A stretch of DNA of 20,000 bases from an uncultured virus (IMG/VR IMGVR_UViG_3300020349_000009) (lineage: Duplodnaviria; Heunggongvirae; Uroviricota; Caudoviricetes). The DNA lies in IMG/VR virus record IMGVR_UViG_3300020349_000009; one strand, written 5' to 3'. Below, piece after piece: positions 1 through 10,000 of this stretch (positions are counted from its first letter, which is position 1; every line of letters begins with the position of its first letter). Under the pieces are notes generated by a model that had not been told where the DNA came from, did not search any database, and saw only the letters and a program-made list of their open reading frames with translations. Position numbers and translations under genes: made by a program.

Positions 1-1
1 A

Positions 2-340
2 ATTGCTAAGCAGTCAGACAATGAAGTTGTAGGATATATTAAAGGCTTAGGAACTGGAACGACTTTAAAGTTTACAAATGCTGTGTTTAGAGATGATTTA
101 ATAGGAGATAGCTACGGAAACGATTTGTTTATAGATACTCATTCTTTTTGGAAGTCTCTTGGTTTTAAAGAATTAAAAGCCTGTTTAGTTAAAACAGCTA
201 CAGAAGTTGTAGAATTTACAAAGAATGAATGTCATCAGCCAGAGCTATTTCAATTTAGAGCTGAAGACGAACATCCAAAAGTACATGAAGACGAGGAGTT
301 CCCCGACTTAACTCTTGTAACTTTAAAAATAATTAACTAA
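2..340 (+). CDS. Hypothetical protein, 5'-truncated by the window edge (possibly GNAT-like fold)
   Basis: The frame of ORF 83..340 is open back to position 2 (IAKQSDNEVVGYIKGLGTGTTLKFTNAVFRDD...), so the GTG at 83 is probably internal. The 'VVGYI...' strand and 'FWKSLGF' pattern loosely resemble GNAT folds; function uncertain. Confidence 0.6.
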   Translation: MAKQSDNEVVGYIKGLGTGTTLKFTNAVFRDDLIGDSYGNDLFIDTHSFWKSLGFKELKACLVKTATEVVEFTKNECHQPELFQFRAEDEHPKVHEDEEFPDLTLVTLKIIN

Positions 341-356
341 AGGTATATATAAAACT

Positions 357-542
357 ATGACAATCAAAGACCTGTTAGCTCGAATAGAAAAGCATGAGGC
401 GGAGTGCGCTATACGCTGGAAGAATGTTGAAGACCAGCTTAAAAGCGGTGGAGCAAAGATGACACGCCTTGAGACTAGGATCTACGGCTTTAACGCAATA
501 CTGCTAACAGGCATTGTTGCAATCTTATTTAAAATAGTTTAA
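357..542 (+). CDS. Small coiled-coil protein with C-terminal transmembrane helix (XhlA/holin-like architecture)
   Basis: 61 aa; AAGG upstream; heptad-like N-terminus (HEAECAIRWKNVEDQL...RLETRI) then hydrophobic YGFNAILLTGIVAILF. Confidence 0.75.
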   Translation: MTIKDLLARIEKHEAECAIRWKNVEDQLKSGGAKMTRLETRIYGFNAILLTGIVAILFKIV

Positions 543-563
543 AAGAATAAAGGAACTAAACTA

Positions 564-2834
564 ATGAGTAAATATTTAAATGCTTTAAAAAATAAAAGGT
601 CTAAGTTTCATGGAGGCGGCCATAATAACCTTGCGGATGGGACTTGGAGTCCTCATGATCCAAACGAAAGAGCGCATGTAGACAAAGAACTTGAATATTT
701 AGAAAGTGATGCAGACTTTGATAATGATGGTAAAGTTTCTGAAGCAGAAAGACATAAAGCAAGGCAAGCTCTTGGAAGAACAAAAAATACAAAATATGAC
801 ATGGACAGAACAAATGCTGCTGGTACTGATGTAAGGGCAGGAAAAGACGGCATAACTTCAAAAGAAAATAGGAACTTAAAAGAAGGCGACATAGCTCTTC
901 AAGGTACAGACAGTTCTTTAGCACGGCAGAAAAAAGATAATGAGTTCTTAGTTAATAAAGGATATGATCTTAATAATGATGGTGTAGTATCTAATCAAGA
1001 GCATGTAGCAGCCAAAGAAGATAAAGCTCTTTTAAGAACTGAGGAGCAAGTAAAAAAAGGACAGAAGGATCGTAAGCTAGGCTATGATACAAAGTATGCT
1101 CCAGTAGATATTCATACTGAAAAACAAGCAGACAAAGCTACGGTAACTGATGCAAAGACAGGCCTTGCTGCGGATATTTCAAAAGATGATGAAGCGGCTG
1201 CTCCTTTTTTAACTGATACAGACGACATTCAACAAATTTCAACAACCCCTACTGCAATAACATCACAGACTGTATCGGCTGAAACCTTAGCGCCTGCAGC
1301 AGCACTTAAAGCAAGTCAAGCGGCATCTAGCGATCCTGTAAAAGCAAGTAAATATCAAGCAGTAATGGCTGTAGATTTAGTAGGTCAAATGACTCCTGCT
1401 GAAAGAAACCAAGCGGCTGGCGAATTTCAAAACAGTCCTGAAGTAAAAGAATATAATAGGCTTTCTACTGAACTTCAAAACAGCCCCGCTTACAAAAATG
1501 CTGCAAAGAAGATTAATCTTTTAGTTGGCGCTGGCGTAGATCCTGAGTCTTCTGAATTTAAACAAGCTATAAAAGAAATGGAAACCCTTCAAGCTCCATT
1601 AGTAGAAAAATCAAATAAACTTGCAATAGCTCAGCAACAACACATAAAAGATTTTAAAAAGAATCTTTTAGGAGAAGTCCCGCAAGGTACTGCCGTTTCT
1701 GTTTTAGATGCAATAGACGTTACTAAAAAACAAACTACTGCTCAGGCAGGCTCTAAGTTAGCAAACGAAAATGGCGTAGACAGTGAATTAAGTGACGCTA
1801 TTGCAAATGATCCTGTAGGCGCTTTAGATAAAATGGACGGCACAGACATTGAAAGTCGTGCAAATATAGCAGACCTTCCAGAAGAAGCTCTTATGTCTAC
1901 GCAACTAGACGGTTTACTTGCAGGCATGGAAGAAGGAAAGACTCCGCTATGGGCAAAGCCAGCAGTAGATAAAGTAAATGCTATGATGGCTGCAAGAGGC
2001 ATGTCTGCTTCTACTGTAGGCCGAGATGCTTTGTTTAGTGCTATTATTGAAAGCGCAATGCCTATAGCACAAGACAATGCTAAAGCCTTGCAAGCACGAG
2101 CAGCTCAAAAATTAGATGCTGCTGTTCAATTTAAAAAGCAAGAAAAAGACTTCGAGCAACAAATGAAGATAACAAATCTTCAAAATCAACAACAAGCTTT
2201 TATTCAAGGTCGAGAGCTAAGACAACAAACTATGCTTGCAAACCAAGCGGCTCAAAACGCTTCTTTGCAATTTAATGCGTCAAGCCAACAGCAGACAGAT
2301 CAGTTTATGGCTTCAATGAAAAACAACATTAATCAATTTAATGCTACTCAAGATAACGCAATGAAGCAGTTTAATACAGCCGAAATAAATAAAATGAATG
2401 CAATAAATGTAGGGAATAAATTACAAGCAGATCAATTTACTGCCAATTTACGACAAGACGCTGAAAAGTTTTATGAGTCTAATGTACTTCAACGTGAACA
2501 ATTTAATGCAACGAATGCTCAAGCAGTACAGCAATCGGATATAGCTTGGCGCAGGAATACAAACACTGCCGCTACCGCAGCTTTCAATGCTGCAAATCAG
2601 CAAAATGTTCAAAACGAATATAACTTAACAGCTCTTGATCAGGCTCAAGTATGGTTACAAATAAGAGACAACATGGCTTATATACGACAAAACTACGAGA
2701 ATGAACAACAACGCATAGCTCAACTGTACGCAACTGCAATAGGTAACGAAGCGTCTATGGGAGCAGCTAAATCATCTGTAACAACGGCTAATCAAAAAGC
2801 GTCTGCTGATTTTATTGATACCCTGTTTAGTTAA
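564..2834 (+). CDS. Putative internal virion/ejection protein with Gln/Asn-rich 11-residue repeats and N-terminal EF-hand-like loops
   Basis: 756 aa; AAGGA RBS; A/Q/N-rich helical C-terminal third with QFNA-type repeats every 11 aa; first gene of a block of large helical proteins preceding the lysis genes. Confidence 0.7.
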   Translation: MSKYLNALKNKRSKFHGGGHNNLADGTWSPHDPNERAHVDKELEYLESDADFDNDGKVSEAERHKARQALGRTKNTKYDMDRTNAAGTDVRAGKDGITSKENRNLKEGDIALQGTDSSLARQKKDNEFLVNKGYDLNNDGVVSNQEHVAAKEDKALLRTEEQVKKGQKDRKLGYDTKYAPVDIHTEKQADKATVTDAKTGLAADISKDDEAAAPFLTDTDDIQQISTTPTAITSQTVSAETLAPAAALKASQAASSDPVKASKYQAVMAVDLVGQMTPAERNQAAGEFQNSPEVKEYNRLSTELQNSPAYKNAAKKINLLVGAGVDPESSEFKQAIKEMETLQAPLVEKSNKLAIAQQQHIKDFKKNLLGEVPQGTAVSVLDAIDVTKKQTTAQAGSKLANENGVDSELSDAIANDPVGALDKMDGTDIESRANIADLPEEALMSTQLDGLLAGMEEGKTPLWAKPAVDKVNAMMAARGMSASTVGRDALFSAIIESAMPIAQDNAKALQARAAQKLDAAVQFKKQEKDFEQQMKITNLQNQQQAFIQGRELRQQTMLANQAAQNASLQFNASSQQQTDQFMASMKNNINQFNATQDNAMKQFNTAEINKMNAINVGNKLQADQFTANLRQDAEKFYESNVLQREQFNATNAQAVQQSDIAWRRNTNTAATAAFNAANQQNVQNEYNLTALDQAQVWLQIRDNMAYIRQNYENEQQRIAQLYATAIGNEASMGAAKSSVTTANQKASADFIDTLFS
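2169..2630 (+). repeat. Protein-level hendecad (11-aa, 33-nt) repeat array
   Basis: QFNA(2268), QFMA, QFNA, QFNT, AINV, QFTA, KFYE, QFNA(2499) are spaced exactly 33 nt apart; the register continues more weakly on both sides. Confidence 0.8.
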
Positions 2835-2847
2835 TTAGGAGAAAGAA

Positions 2848-4332
2848 ATGGGATTAAAATTTAAACTTAAATTTAAAAAATTTAAAAAGTCTGTAAAGAA
2901 ACGTATAAAGAGCGTTGGCAAAGTAATTAAAAAAATAGCCAAAGCTACAGGCATAGACAAAGCTGTGCGTTGGGTAGGCGGCAAAATTAAAAAGGCTTTT
3001 AAATCTTTTGGAAAGTTTATGGGCAAGATAGGTGTCGTAGGTCAGATAGCTATGATGTTTATACTTCCTGGAATTGGTGGAGCTTTAATGAAAGGTCTTT
3101 CAGCTTTTAGTCAAGCTGCAATAGGCGCAAGTAATTTTATTGTTCAAGGAGTTGGGCATTTAGCTAAGTTCGCACATACAGCAATAAGTACGGTTGGTAA
3201 CGTATTTAGCAATGTTACAAAAGGTGTAATGGACACGCTTGGGAACTTTGGTAAAACGCTTGGAAAGAAAATGGGCTTTGATACTGGAGGCGCACAGAAC
3301 TTTTTTGGTTCAGGCGACAGTGCTTTTAGTCGAAGCTTTACCAATAAAGACGTTAGCCGTTTTCAAAATTTAACTTTAGGTGAAGACGCTTATCAGAAAA
3401 AACTTCTTAGCGGAATGGAAAAAATAAATGCTGAAGCTGCTTTAAAGGCTTCTAATATTCAAGTAGTAGAAAGCAAGCCAGACTTTGTTAAGGGCGCACC
3501 AGACGCTTCTCAAGTTTATGGAGATACTGTTCCTACAATAGATTCTACTATGGGAATGACAGACCAACAAATTATAGAGTTTAATAAGACAGCTATTGAT
3601 GGTGGAGTTACTGTAGCAAACCCTGACGGAAGTTTTAGTCTTTTAGATCAGCAAGTAGTTACTCCTGAAGTAATGGAAATACCTGTAGGGGAATTAGGCA
3701 CAACTGGATCAAATCCTTTTCTTGATTCTAGGGGCGGTTTTGAAGCTGTTTCAGATAGCGTACTTTCGCCTGAATTAACAATGGATCAAAAAATAGCTCA
3801 AGGTTATGCAGGAAAAGGAGCAGATCTTTTAGCTTCTCAACAAAATGCAGGAATGAATTTATCAAATCAAAGTTTATTAGATAAAGCTAAAACAGGAATA
3901 AGTGATTTTTATCAAGACTCTAAAGCTGCGGTAGGTAAAAAAGTTGGTGAAGGTATTGATTTTATTACAGATCCCGAAGCTATAATTGATAAAGGCGTTG
4001 AGCTAGGTGGAGATGCAATAGGTAAAGCGGTTCAAGTTTATGGAACAACACGAGCGCAAGAAATGGCTTTAGTTGCTGAGCATGGAGAAGGCTTTAGGAC
4101 TCCTGTTGATAACAGCGTAAGTAATGTTTATAGAACTTACATACCTGAATTTACTACAGCAACTATGGGGCAAACAGGTGCAGGCTATGCCGACACAACT
4201 AACCAGTACGAGTCTCTTGCTTATAGTGGACAACAATACGGAAATACAGCTTATCAATTAGACACTGGTTGGAGTTCTTATATAAACAGAGTAGGGCAAG
4301 GCTCTCAATTTAATGCAAGTAGTTGGGGTTAA
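2848..4332 (+). CDS. Putative internal virion/pilot-like protein with cationic amphipathic N-terminus and Gly-rich membrane segment
   Basis: 494 aa; AGGAG RBS; MGLKFKLKFKKFKKSVKKRIKSVGKVIKKI followed by hydrophobic IGVVGQIAMMFILPGIGGALM; low-complexity G/S/T/Q-rich remainder. Confidence 0.65.
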   Translation: MGLKFKLKFKKFKKSVKKRIKSVGKVIKKIAKATGIDKAVRWVGGKIKKAFKSFGKFMGKIGVVGQIAMMFILPGIGGALMKGLSAFSQAAIGASNFIVQGVGHLAKFAHTAISTVGNVFSNVTKGVMDTLGNFGKTLGKKMGFDTGGAQNFFGSGDSAFSRSFTNKDVSRFQNLTLGEDAYQKKLLSGMEKINAEAALKASNIQVVESKPDFVKGAPDASQVYGDTVPTIDSTMGMTDQQIIEFNKTAIDGGVTVANPDGSFSLLDQQVVTPEVMEIPVGELGTTGSNPFLDSRGGFEAVSDSVLSPELTMDQKIAQGYAGKGADLLASQQNAGMNLSNQSLLDKAKTGISDFYQDSKAAVGKKVGEGIDFITDPEAIIDKGVELGGDAIGKAVQVYGTTRAQEMALVAEHGEGFRTPVDNSVSNVYRTYIPEFTTATMGQTGAGYADTTNQYESLAYSGQQYGNTAYQLDTGWSSYINRVGQGSQFNASSWG

Positions 4333-4337
4333 TAATA

Positions 4338-5024
4338 ATGGTTGATGAAGAAGTTAAAAAAGAACAAGCACAAGAAGAATTAGATTACGATACTTATTCA
4401 AAGCAAGCAATGATAGATGGGCCTATTGCTGGACAGTCTTTATTAACAGACCCAGCAAGTCCTCGACCTGACGAAAAGCCTCCGTTTTTTACGGCTCTCA
4501 AACCTGCTTTAGAATATGTGTGGTCTAAATTAATAGAGCCTGAAAAATATACAAAAGTTATGCAGCTTTTAGGCGCTGAAGTTCCTGTGCTTAGTTTAGC
4601 TAAAGGCATGTTGTTTGTAGGCGTAAGAGATGGTAAATGGAACCCTGACATGATGTTACTTTTGTTAGAGCCTGTTTCTTATATGCTTATTGCCCTTGCA
4701 GAACGTCAAGGAATACCTTTAGTTATCTATGAAGGCGAACAAGACGATGAAGAAGCTGAAGAAGATATGATGGGAGTTTCTATTGAAGAGGAGCAACTTG
4801 CAGATCTTAGACGTAGCGCAGAGTCTAGTCGAGTACCAGAAGGTATTTTGTCTGCAAAGATGCAAGCAGATTTAGAATCTATTCCAAAGCGTTCAGGTTT
4901 TGAGGTAGATGAAATGAACACAGGCGCTTCTGGAGAAGAACGCCCAAGCACATCTGATGAGCCTATGCCTGAAGCGGAACGGCCAGCAGAGCCTCAAGAA
5001 AGTTTAATGTCTAAACCAGAATAA
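4338..5024 (+). CDS. Conserved phage hypothetical protein (probable virion-associated), acidic
   Basis: ATG at 4338 with GGGG upstream is a better start than TTG 4323 (228 aa). The 'DGPIAGQSL...EKPP' and 'GKWNPDMMLLL' motifs resemble a family I recall from marine podovirus structural arms; acidic, disordered C-terminus. Confidence 0.65.
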   Translation: MVDEEVKKEQAQEELDYDTYSKQAMIDGPIAGQSLLTDPASPRPDEKPPFFTALKPALEYVWSKLIEPEKYTKVMQLLGAEVPVLSLAKGMLFVGVRDGKWNPDMMLLLLEPVSYMLIALAERQGIPLVIYEGEQDDEEAEEDMMGVSIEEEQLADLRRSAESSRVPEGILSAKMQADLESIPKRSGFEVDEMNTGASGEERPSTSDEPMPEAERPAEPQESLMSKPE

Positions 5025-5038
5025 AGGAAATATATAAT

Positions 5039-7033
5039 ATGTCTATTCAAGATGTAGGTCAGTCGTTATTAGCTAATGTTCGTGAGCGCAAAGATCAACA
5101 GTATGAGCAATATAAAAAAGATCAAAGAGATGCTCAAAGAACTGCGGATCGCAAAGAGCGTCAAGAGAAATTGCTTAATTATGGAATTGGGTTTTTAGTT
5201 GATGTAGGCAATAACATTGTTGCTAACAAAACAAAAGATTTTTTAACTTCTGAAGATCAACTTGCAAAAACAGCGAGCATTAAAAATGCTAACGCTTTTG
5301 CTCAAGACTATGCAAACACAGAAGCGCAAATAAAAGCTTATAGTGGCACTTCTCAAGATTATTTTGCTGAGCAAGCTTTGCCTACCGTTCAAACTTTAAT
5401 TAATACTAAGTATAGCGTAGGCTATAACGAAGCTGAAAAGCAAGCCGCTACGGCAGCTTTATCTATGAAGTATGGCAAGTCGCTCTACGATGCTCATGAA
5501 CTACAAAGAGGTGTTTACGATAGGCTAGTTGCAGGAGACGTAAACTTTATAGAATATAAAAAAGAAATAGCTGATCTTCAGCCTACAACTATGCTAGGCG
5601 CTTTAAAACAAAAAGCTGCTAGTTTGTTTAGTAAAGGCGAAGACATTGGTTATCAGACAGCAAGATCAATGGGCATGTTAGATATTGTAGATAGCGCATT
5701 AGATACTGATGACGATGGTATAGTTAGTGCGGAAGAAAGAGGCAAAAAAGCTTTTTATAATGTTTATCGGCAGTCAAAAAATAATATTTTTGCTACCCAC
5801 GATCTTCTTCAAGACCTTAAAGACGCAGGAATTAACATATCTAAAGCTACTCCAACGCTAGGTAAGCCTACTAATATTTATACAGTAAATGACTATGGAG
5901 AACAAAGACAAGTATCTATTCAAGAAAAAACAATTAATGGCGTTTCTGTTGGTTGGTATGAAGTAGGAACAGGCAACCCTTTTACAAGTCAAAATGGTGA
6001 AAGCGTTGACGTTTTAAAAGAAGCGGCAGTAGTACAGTTAGCTAAAGTTAAATCAATACAGCCTCAAATTAATGAACTTATAAACCAAAACGATGATGCA
6101 AGAGACGCTTGGTCAATAGCCATGAATGCTTTAATAGGAGATGCTTCAGATTCAACAGTACAAAAAGAACGTACAGAATTTGTTGAACGCAGAATGTTTT
6201 GGCCTATTACTAAGACAGCTAAGAAACTTCAAAATACTTATGGAGTAAGTAACCGAGCAGCAATGCAAATAGCTGTTGAGATGCACACTTTAAACTATGG
6301 GTTTATTGCAGAAAAAGGTGGTTTTTTTCGTCAGAAAGATGAAGTAGACATGAGCATGAGCTTGATGCCTGATTTAAAATGGAACAGTCAGCTTGCAGCC
6401 GCAGCGGTCTATAATATAGAACAAGACCAAAGATGGAGTTCGTATGTCCGAGTAAATGACTCGTCAGTAGGAGCAAATGATGGCCTTATGACTTCGTTAC
6501 TTAATGAGCCTCCAAAAGACATGTCCCTTAAACAAGTAGAGGCTTTTATTGGTGATGTAGAAGAAGGAGGCAAAGGTGGTTTCTTAGGTCAGGCTAGGTT
6601 TAGAGGTATGCCTTTTTACAGTGAAGTAACAAACCAAATAAAAGTACAACAAGTTAAAAACATTACTCAAGCTGAAGAATCTGTAAATACTTCACAAAGA
6701 GATTCGGTTGATGAAGTTGTTCAGTACTCTCAAGACGAAGCTAAACATTGGTTTATACAACATTTTGGAGCAAGTAGAGATTACGAAGATGCTATTAAAG
6801 CAACTCCAGAACAGCAACAAGCATTGATTAGAGCAACTGGTGGCGATGTTTATTTAAATAAACGTAGAAACAGAGAGCTTGTTCATCAAAAAGCTTACGA
6901 TTGGATTGGTAATAAATTATTAAAAGCTAAAGCTATTAGCGAACTAAGTCCTACTGATCAGTTGCTTTATAGAAGAAGCGAAGACAAAGACGCTTTCTTA
7001 GCTAATATTTACGGAGAAAAATTCAATGGTTGA
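5039..7033 (+). CDS. Putative internal virion protein (positional analogue of T7 gp15)
   Basis: 664 aa; AAGGA RBS; N-terminal coiled coil plus short hydrophobic segment; lies directly before the giant protein with an 8-nt overlap. Function inferred from position only. Confidence 0.6.
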   Translation: MSIQDVGQSLLANVRERKDQQYEQYKKDQRDAQRTADRKERQEKLLNYGIGFLVDVGNNIVANKTKDFLTSEDQLAKTASIKNANAFAQDYANTEAQIKAYSGTSQDYFAEQALPTVQTLINTKYSVGYNEAEKQAATAALSMKYGKSLYDAHELQRGVYDRLVAGDVNFIEYKKEIADLQPTTMLGALKQKAASLFSKGEDIGYQTARSMGMLDIVDSALDTDDDGIVSAEERGKKAFYNVYRQSKNNIFATHDLLQDLKDAGINISKATPTLGKPTNIYTVNDYGEQRQVSIQEKTINGVSVGWYEVGTGNPFTSQNGESVDVLKEAAVVQLAKVKSIQPQINELINQNDDARDAWSIAMNALIGDASDSTVQKERTEFVERRMFWPITKTAKKLQNTYGVSNRAAMQIAVEMHTLNYGFIAEKGGFFRQKDEVDMSMSLMPDLKWNSQLAAAAVYNIEQDQRWSSYVRVNDSSVGANDGLMTSLLNEPPKDMSLKQVEAFIGDVEEGGKGGFLGQARFRGMPFYSEVTNQIKVQQVKNITQAEESVNTSQRDSVDEVVQYSQDEAKHWFIQHFGASRDYEDAIKATPEQQQALIRATGGDVYLNKRRNRELVHQKAYDWIGNKLLKAKAISELSPTDQLLYRRSEDKDAFLANIYGEKFNG

Positions 7034-10000
7034 TTCTTTAGCTCAAAGAACATTAGACTTATATGCTCAAAGAGAGGCGGGAGGAGAAATTACTCCTGAA
7101 GATACTTTAATACAAACACAAGAAGAAGCAAACAATATTCAACGGTTATTAAAACAACCAAGAGACGTTACTGCTTTTGATCAAGATCCTGAAGTTCTTA
7201 AAGACTTTGAAACTGTAACAGACTACTTTGGTAACAACCAAACTTTCATGAGTGGTCTGCTTGATCCTGCAAGCATGTTTAATGATAGACCTTCTGAAGC
7301 TATGAGAGACGAGTTTAGAATTTCTACGCTTGCAAACAGAGCTATGGATATGAAAGATGCAACTCCAGAAGTTAAAGAGGCGTATAATAGACTTCGAGAA
7401 AAGTGGGAAGGCGCAGACATTCAAGGCTTTGACGAGTGGGCGGGTTTTGTAAAAGACTATGGCATAGATCTTATAGCTAATTTTGAAACAATACCAATGA
7501 TAGCTGCTGCTTTTTATTCAGGCGGAACTGCCCCTGCTGCTGCAAATGCAACGGTTAGGAAAGCTCTTCATAGCTCTTTAAAGAAAGGAGCTACAGCGGC
7601 CAGTAATAATCCGTTTAAGTTTGGTGCGGCCTATGGTGGTACGTTTAGTGGTGCTGCGGATATAGCAGCTCAGAATTTAAACATGAACTTAGATAATCAA
7701 GAAGAGTTTAGCTACGGTCAAAATGCTTTGTCTACTGGTCTGGGCGCTGTGCTAGGTGGGGGCATTAACTGGGGCTTGTCTAAAGTAATTAGCAAAGCGG
7801 CAACAAGACGAGCAGAGCGAGCGACCGATAATAATAGCGTTCCTTTATCGCAATCAAGAGGCTTAGAACTTTTTGATGAAGGAATAGAAGGCGAGTGGAT
7901 TCCTGCTTCTGGCGATGAAATACTTGATGGAGTAGATCAACTACTTGCAGGCAATAGATTTGCAAGAGAAGTAGATCTTGATGATATAGATCTAGGAGAC
8001 TTTGATGAAATCTTAGACGACTTTGTAGCTGATGTTGGTGGCGGTCAAGCTACACGAGATCAGTTAGATGAAGTTGTACTAGGCGAATTAAAGTCTGGAG
8101 CAACTGGAGAAGTTATAAAAAATAATATAGCTTTTGCCTTGTGGAAAACATCTACCGAGTTAATTGGCACAATGTTTGGTGGCAAGTCTTCAGGTATTCT
8201 TACAAGCTACGTGCCTTATTCAAAGACTGCTGAGACTTTAAGGCAGCGTTTGTCTTTTGACTTTGGCATAAAAGCTACTCAAAAACAAGACGAAGTGGTA
8301 GGCATGGACTTTGCTGAAGTAGCTCGAAGATATACTGGTATTTTTAGAGAAAGGTATAGAGAAGCTTTAGCTCCTGTTGGTTTAGATTCTGTAAATGGTT
8401 CAATTGAAGACAGCGTTAGTGGTGCATTAAATAGAGCTATTCGTGGTCAAATGTCTCCAGACATGACTATAAATACAGCGGCAAAAAACATACAGAACAT
8501 GTTTAAGCAGATAGGTGAAGAGCTACATGCGGCAGGTGTAATAGACGAAAAAGTAGAAAACTACATTCCTCGTATGTGGAACGGCAAAGCTATTAAAAAT
8601 AACAGAGATGAGTTTGAGCGTTTGTTAGTTGAAGAAGGCGAAGCTGATAGTTTAATAGAAGCACGAAGAATTGTAGATGAAATGCTAGATATTAAAAATC
8701 AGTTAGATGGTGGGACAACAGGGCATTTCTTTTCTTCTAAGCGTAAATTTACAGATATAAAAAATGAAGCTAAATTTACAGAGTTTTTAGAAGACGATTT
8801 GTTAAGCGTTATTGAAACTTATAACTTTCAAGCTGGTAAGTCTTTAGCTAAAGTAAAAGTATTTAAAGCTAGAAACGAAGAAGAGTTTAAAGAACAATGG
8901 TTAAATCCTATAGTAGCTGAAATGCAAAAGGCTGGAAGAACTTTAAGTCCAGCAGATAGAAAAAGAATTGTAAATCTTTATCGACTTACTACTGGAGAAA
9001 ACGTAGAGCGTTTTGGCAACTCGCTACAAACAGGAGTAGATGGGTATCAGTTAGCTACTCGTTTAGCAATGCTTCCATTAGCTACAGTAGGTAGTGTAAC
9101 TGAGATACTTATTAATCTTGGTAAAGGAGGAGTGTTAAATACTGCTAAAGGTTTTAAAGAAGCCTCCGAAGTAGCTTATAAAACTATTACAAATGACCTG
9201 CACTCAGAACTTAAAAACAGACATGGTTTAACAACTAATGAAGTATGGCGAGAGTTGCAGTCTTTTGGAAAAGCAATGGATCAGTCTGTAGGTCAAATAG
9301 GTAATCGTCTCGCAGGCGATGATTTAATCCACGAAGGGATGCAAGAAGTAAGCAATAAGTTTTTCCGTTTAAACTTGCTAGATCAATGGACAAAGTTTGT
9401 TCAAATATCTTCGTATGCTACAGGTAAAAATTTAATTGAAGATAATTTAAGAGCTATAGCTGCTCACGGATCTAAAGCTAGAACAGGCAAAATAGATTCA
9501 ATGCTTGGCGAATTAAATGAACTAGGCATAGACTATAAAGCTGGAGTAAATTGGATTAATAGTGGAGCAAAAAAATCTGACGATTACTATAAAGAATTTA
9601 CACGAGGCGCATCACGATATGTAGATGGCGTAATTTTACAGCCTACAGCAATGTCTAACTTAAAGCCAACTCTTTACTCTAATCCTAAGACTACTATTTT
9701 ATTTCAACTTTTAGGTTATCCAGCAGCTTTTACAAATACTGTTCTTAAAGGAGCTGCAAAGTCTGTAATGAAAGACCCTAAACGAAACGGTGCTAAAGTA
9801 ATGGGCGCTGCTTTGTCAATGACTGCGGCAGCTAGGTTCATGAACTGGGTACGTTCTCGTGGCGAAAGCGAAGCTTGGCACATAGATGAGTCAGAAAAAA
9901 ACCTAAGAGCTATTGCACGTTGGGGCGGTAATGGTTTATTTTTAGATACTTTTTCAAGATCTAAAAAGGAAGCTCTTTACGGTCAAAACCCTGCTGGCTA

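Noticed and set aside
338..359. Similar intergenic sequences TAAAGGTATATATAAAACTATG and TAAAGGAAATATATAATATG (near 5022-5041) as phage promoters
   Set aside because: Adequately explained by stop codon + Shine-Dalgarno + AT-rich spacer; too short and too few to call a promoter.
1422..1490. Short duplication EFQNSP / ELQNSP in the 756-aa protein
   Set aside because: Two copies only; likely a local duplication in a variable helical insert with no further support.
7512..7526. FYSGG in the N-terminal core of the giant protein as another GG motif copy
   Set aside because: Lacks the upstream basic residue and lies in an Ala/Gly-rich membrane-like segment, not at a boundary; shows that bare FxxGG can occur by chance.
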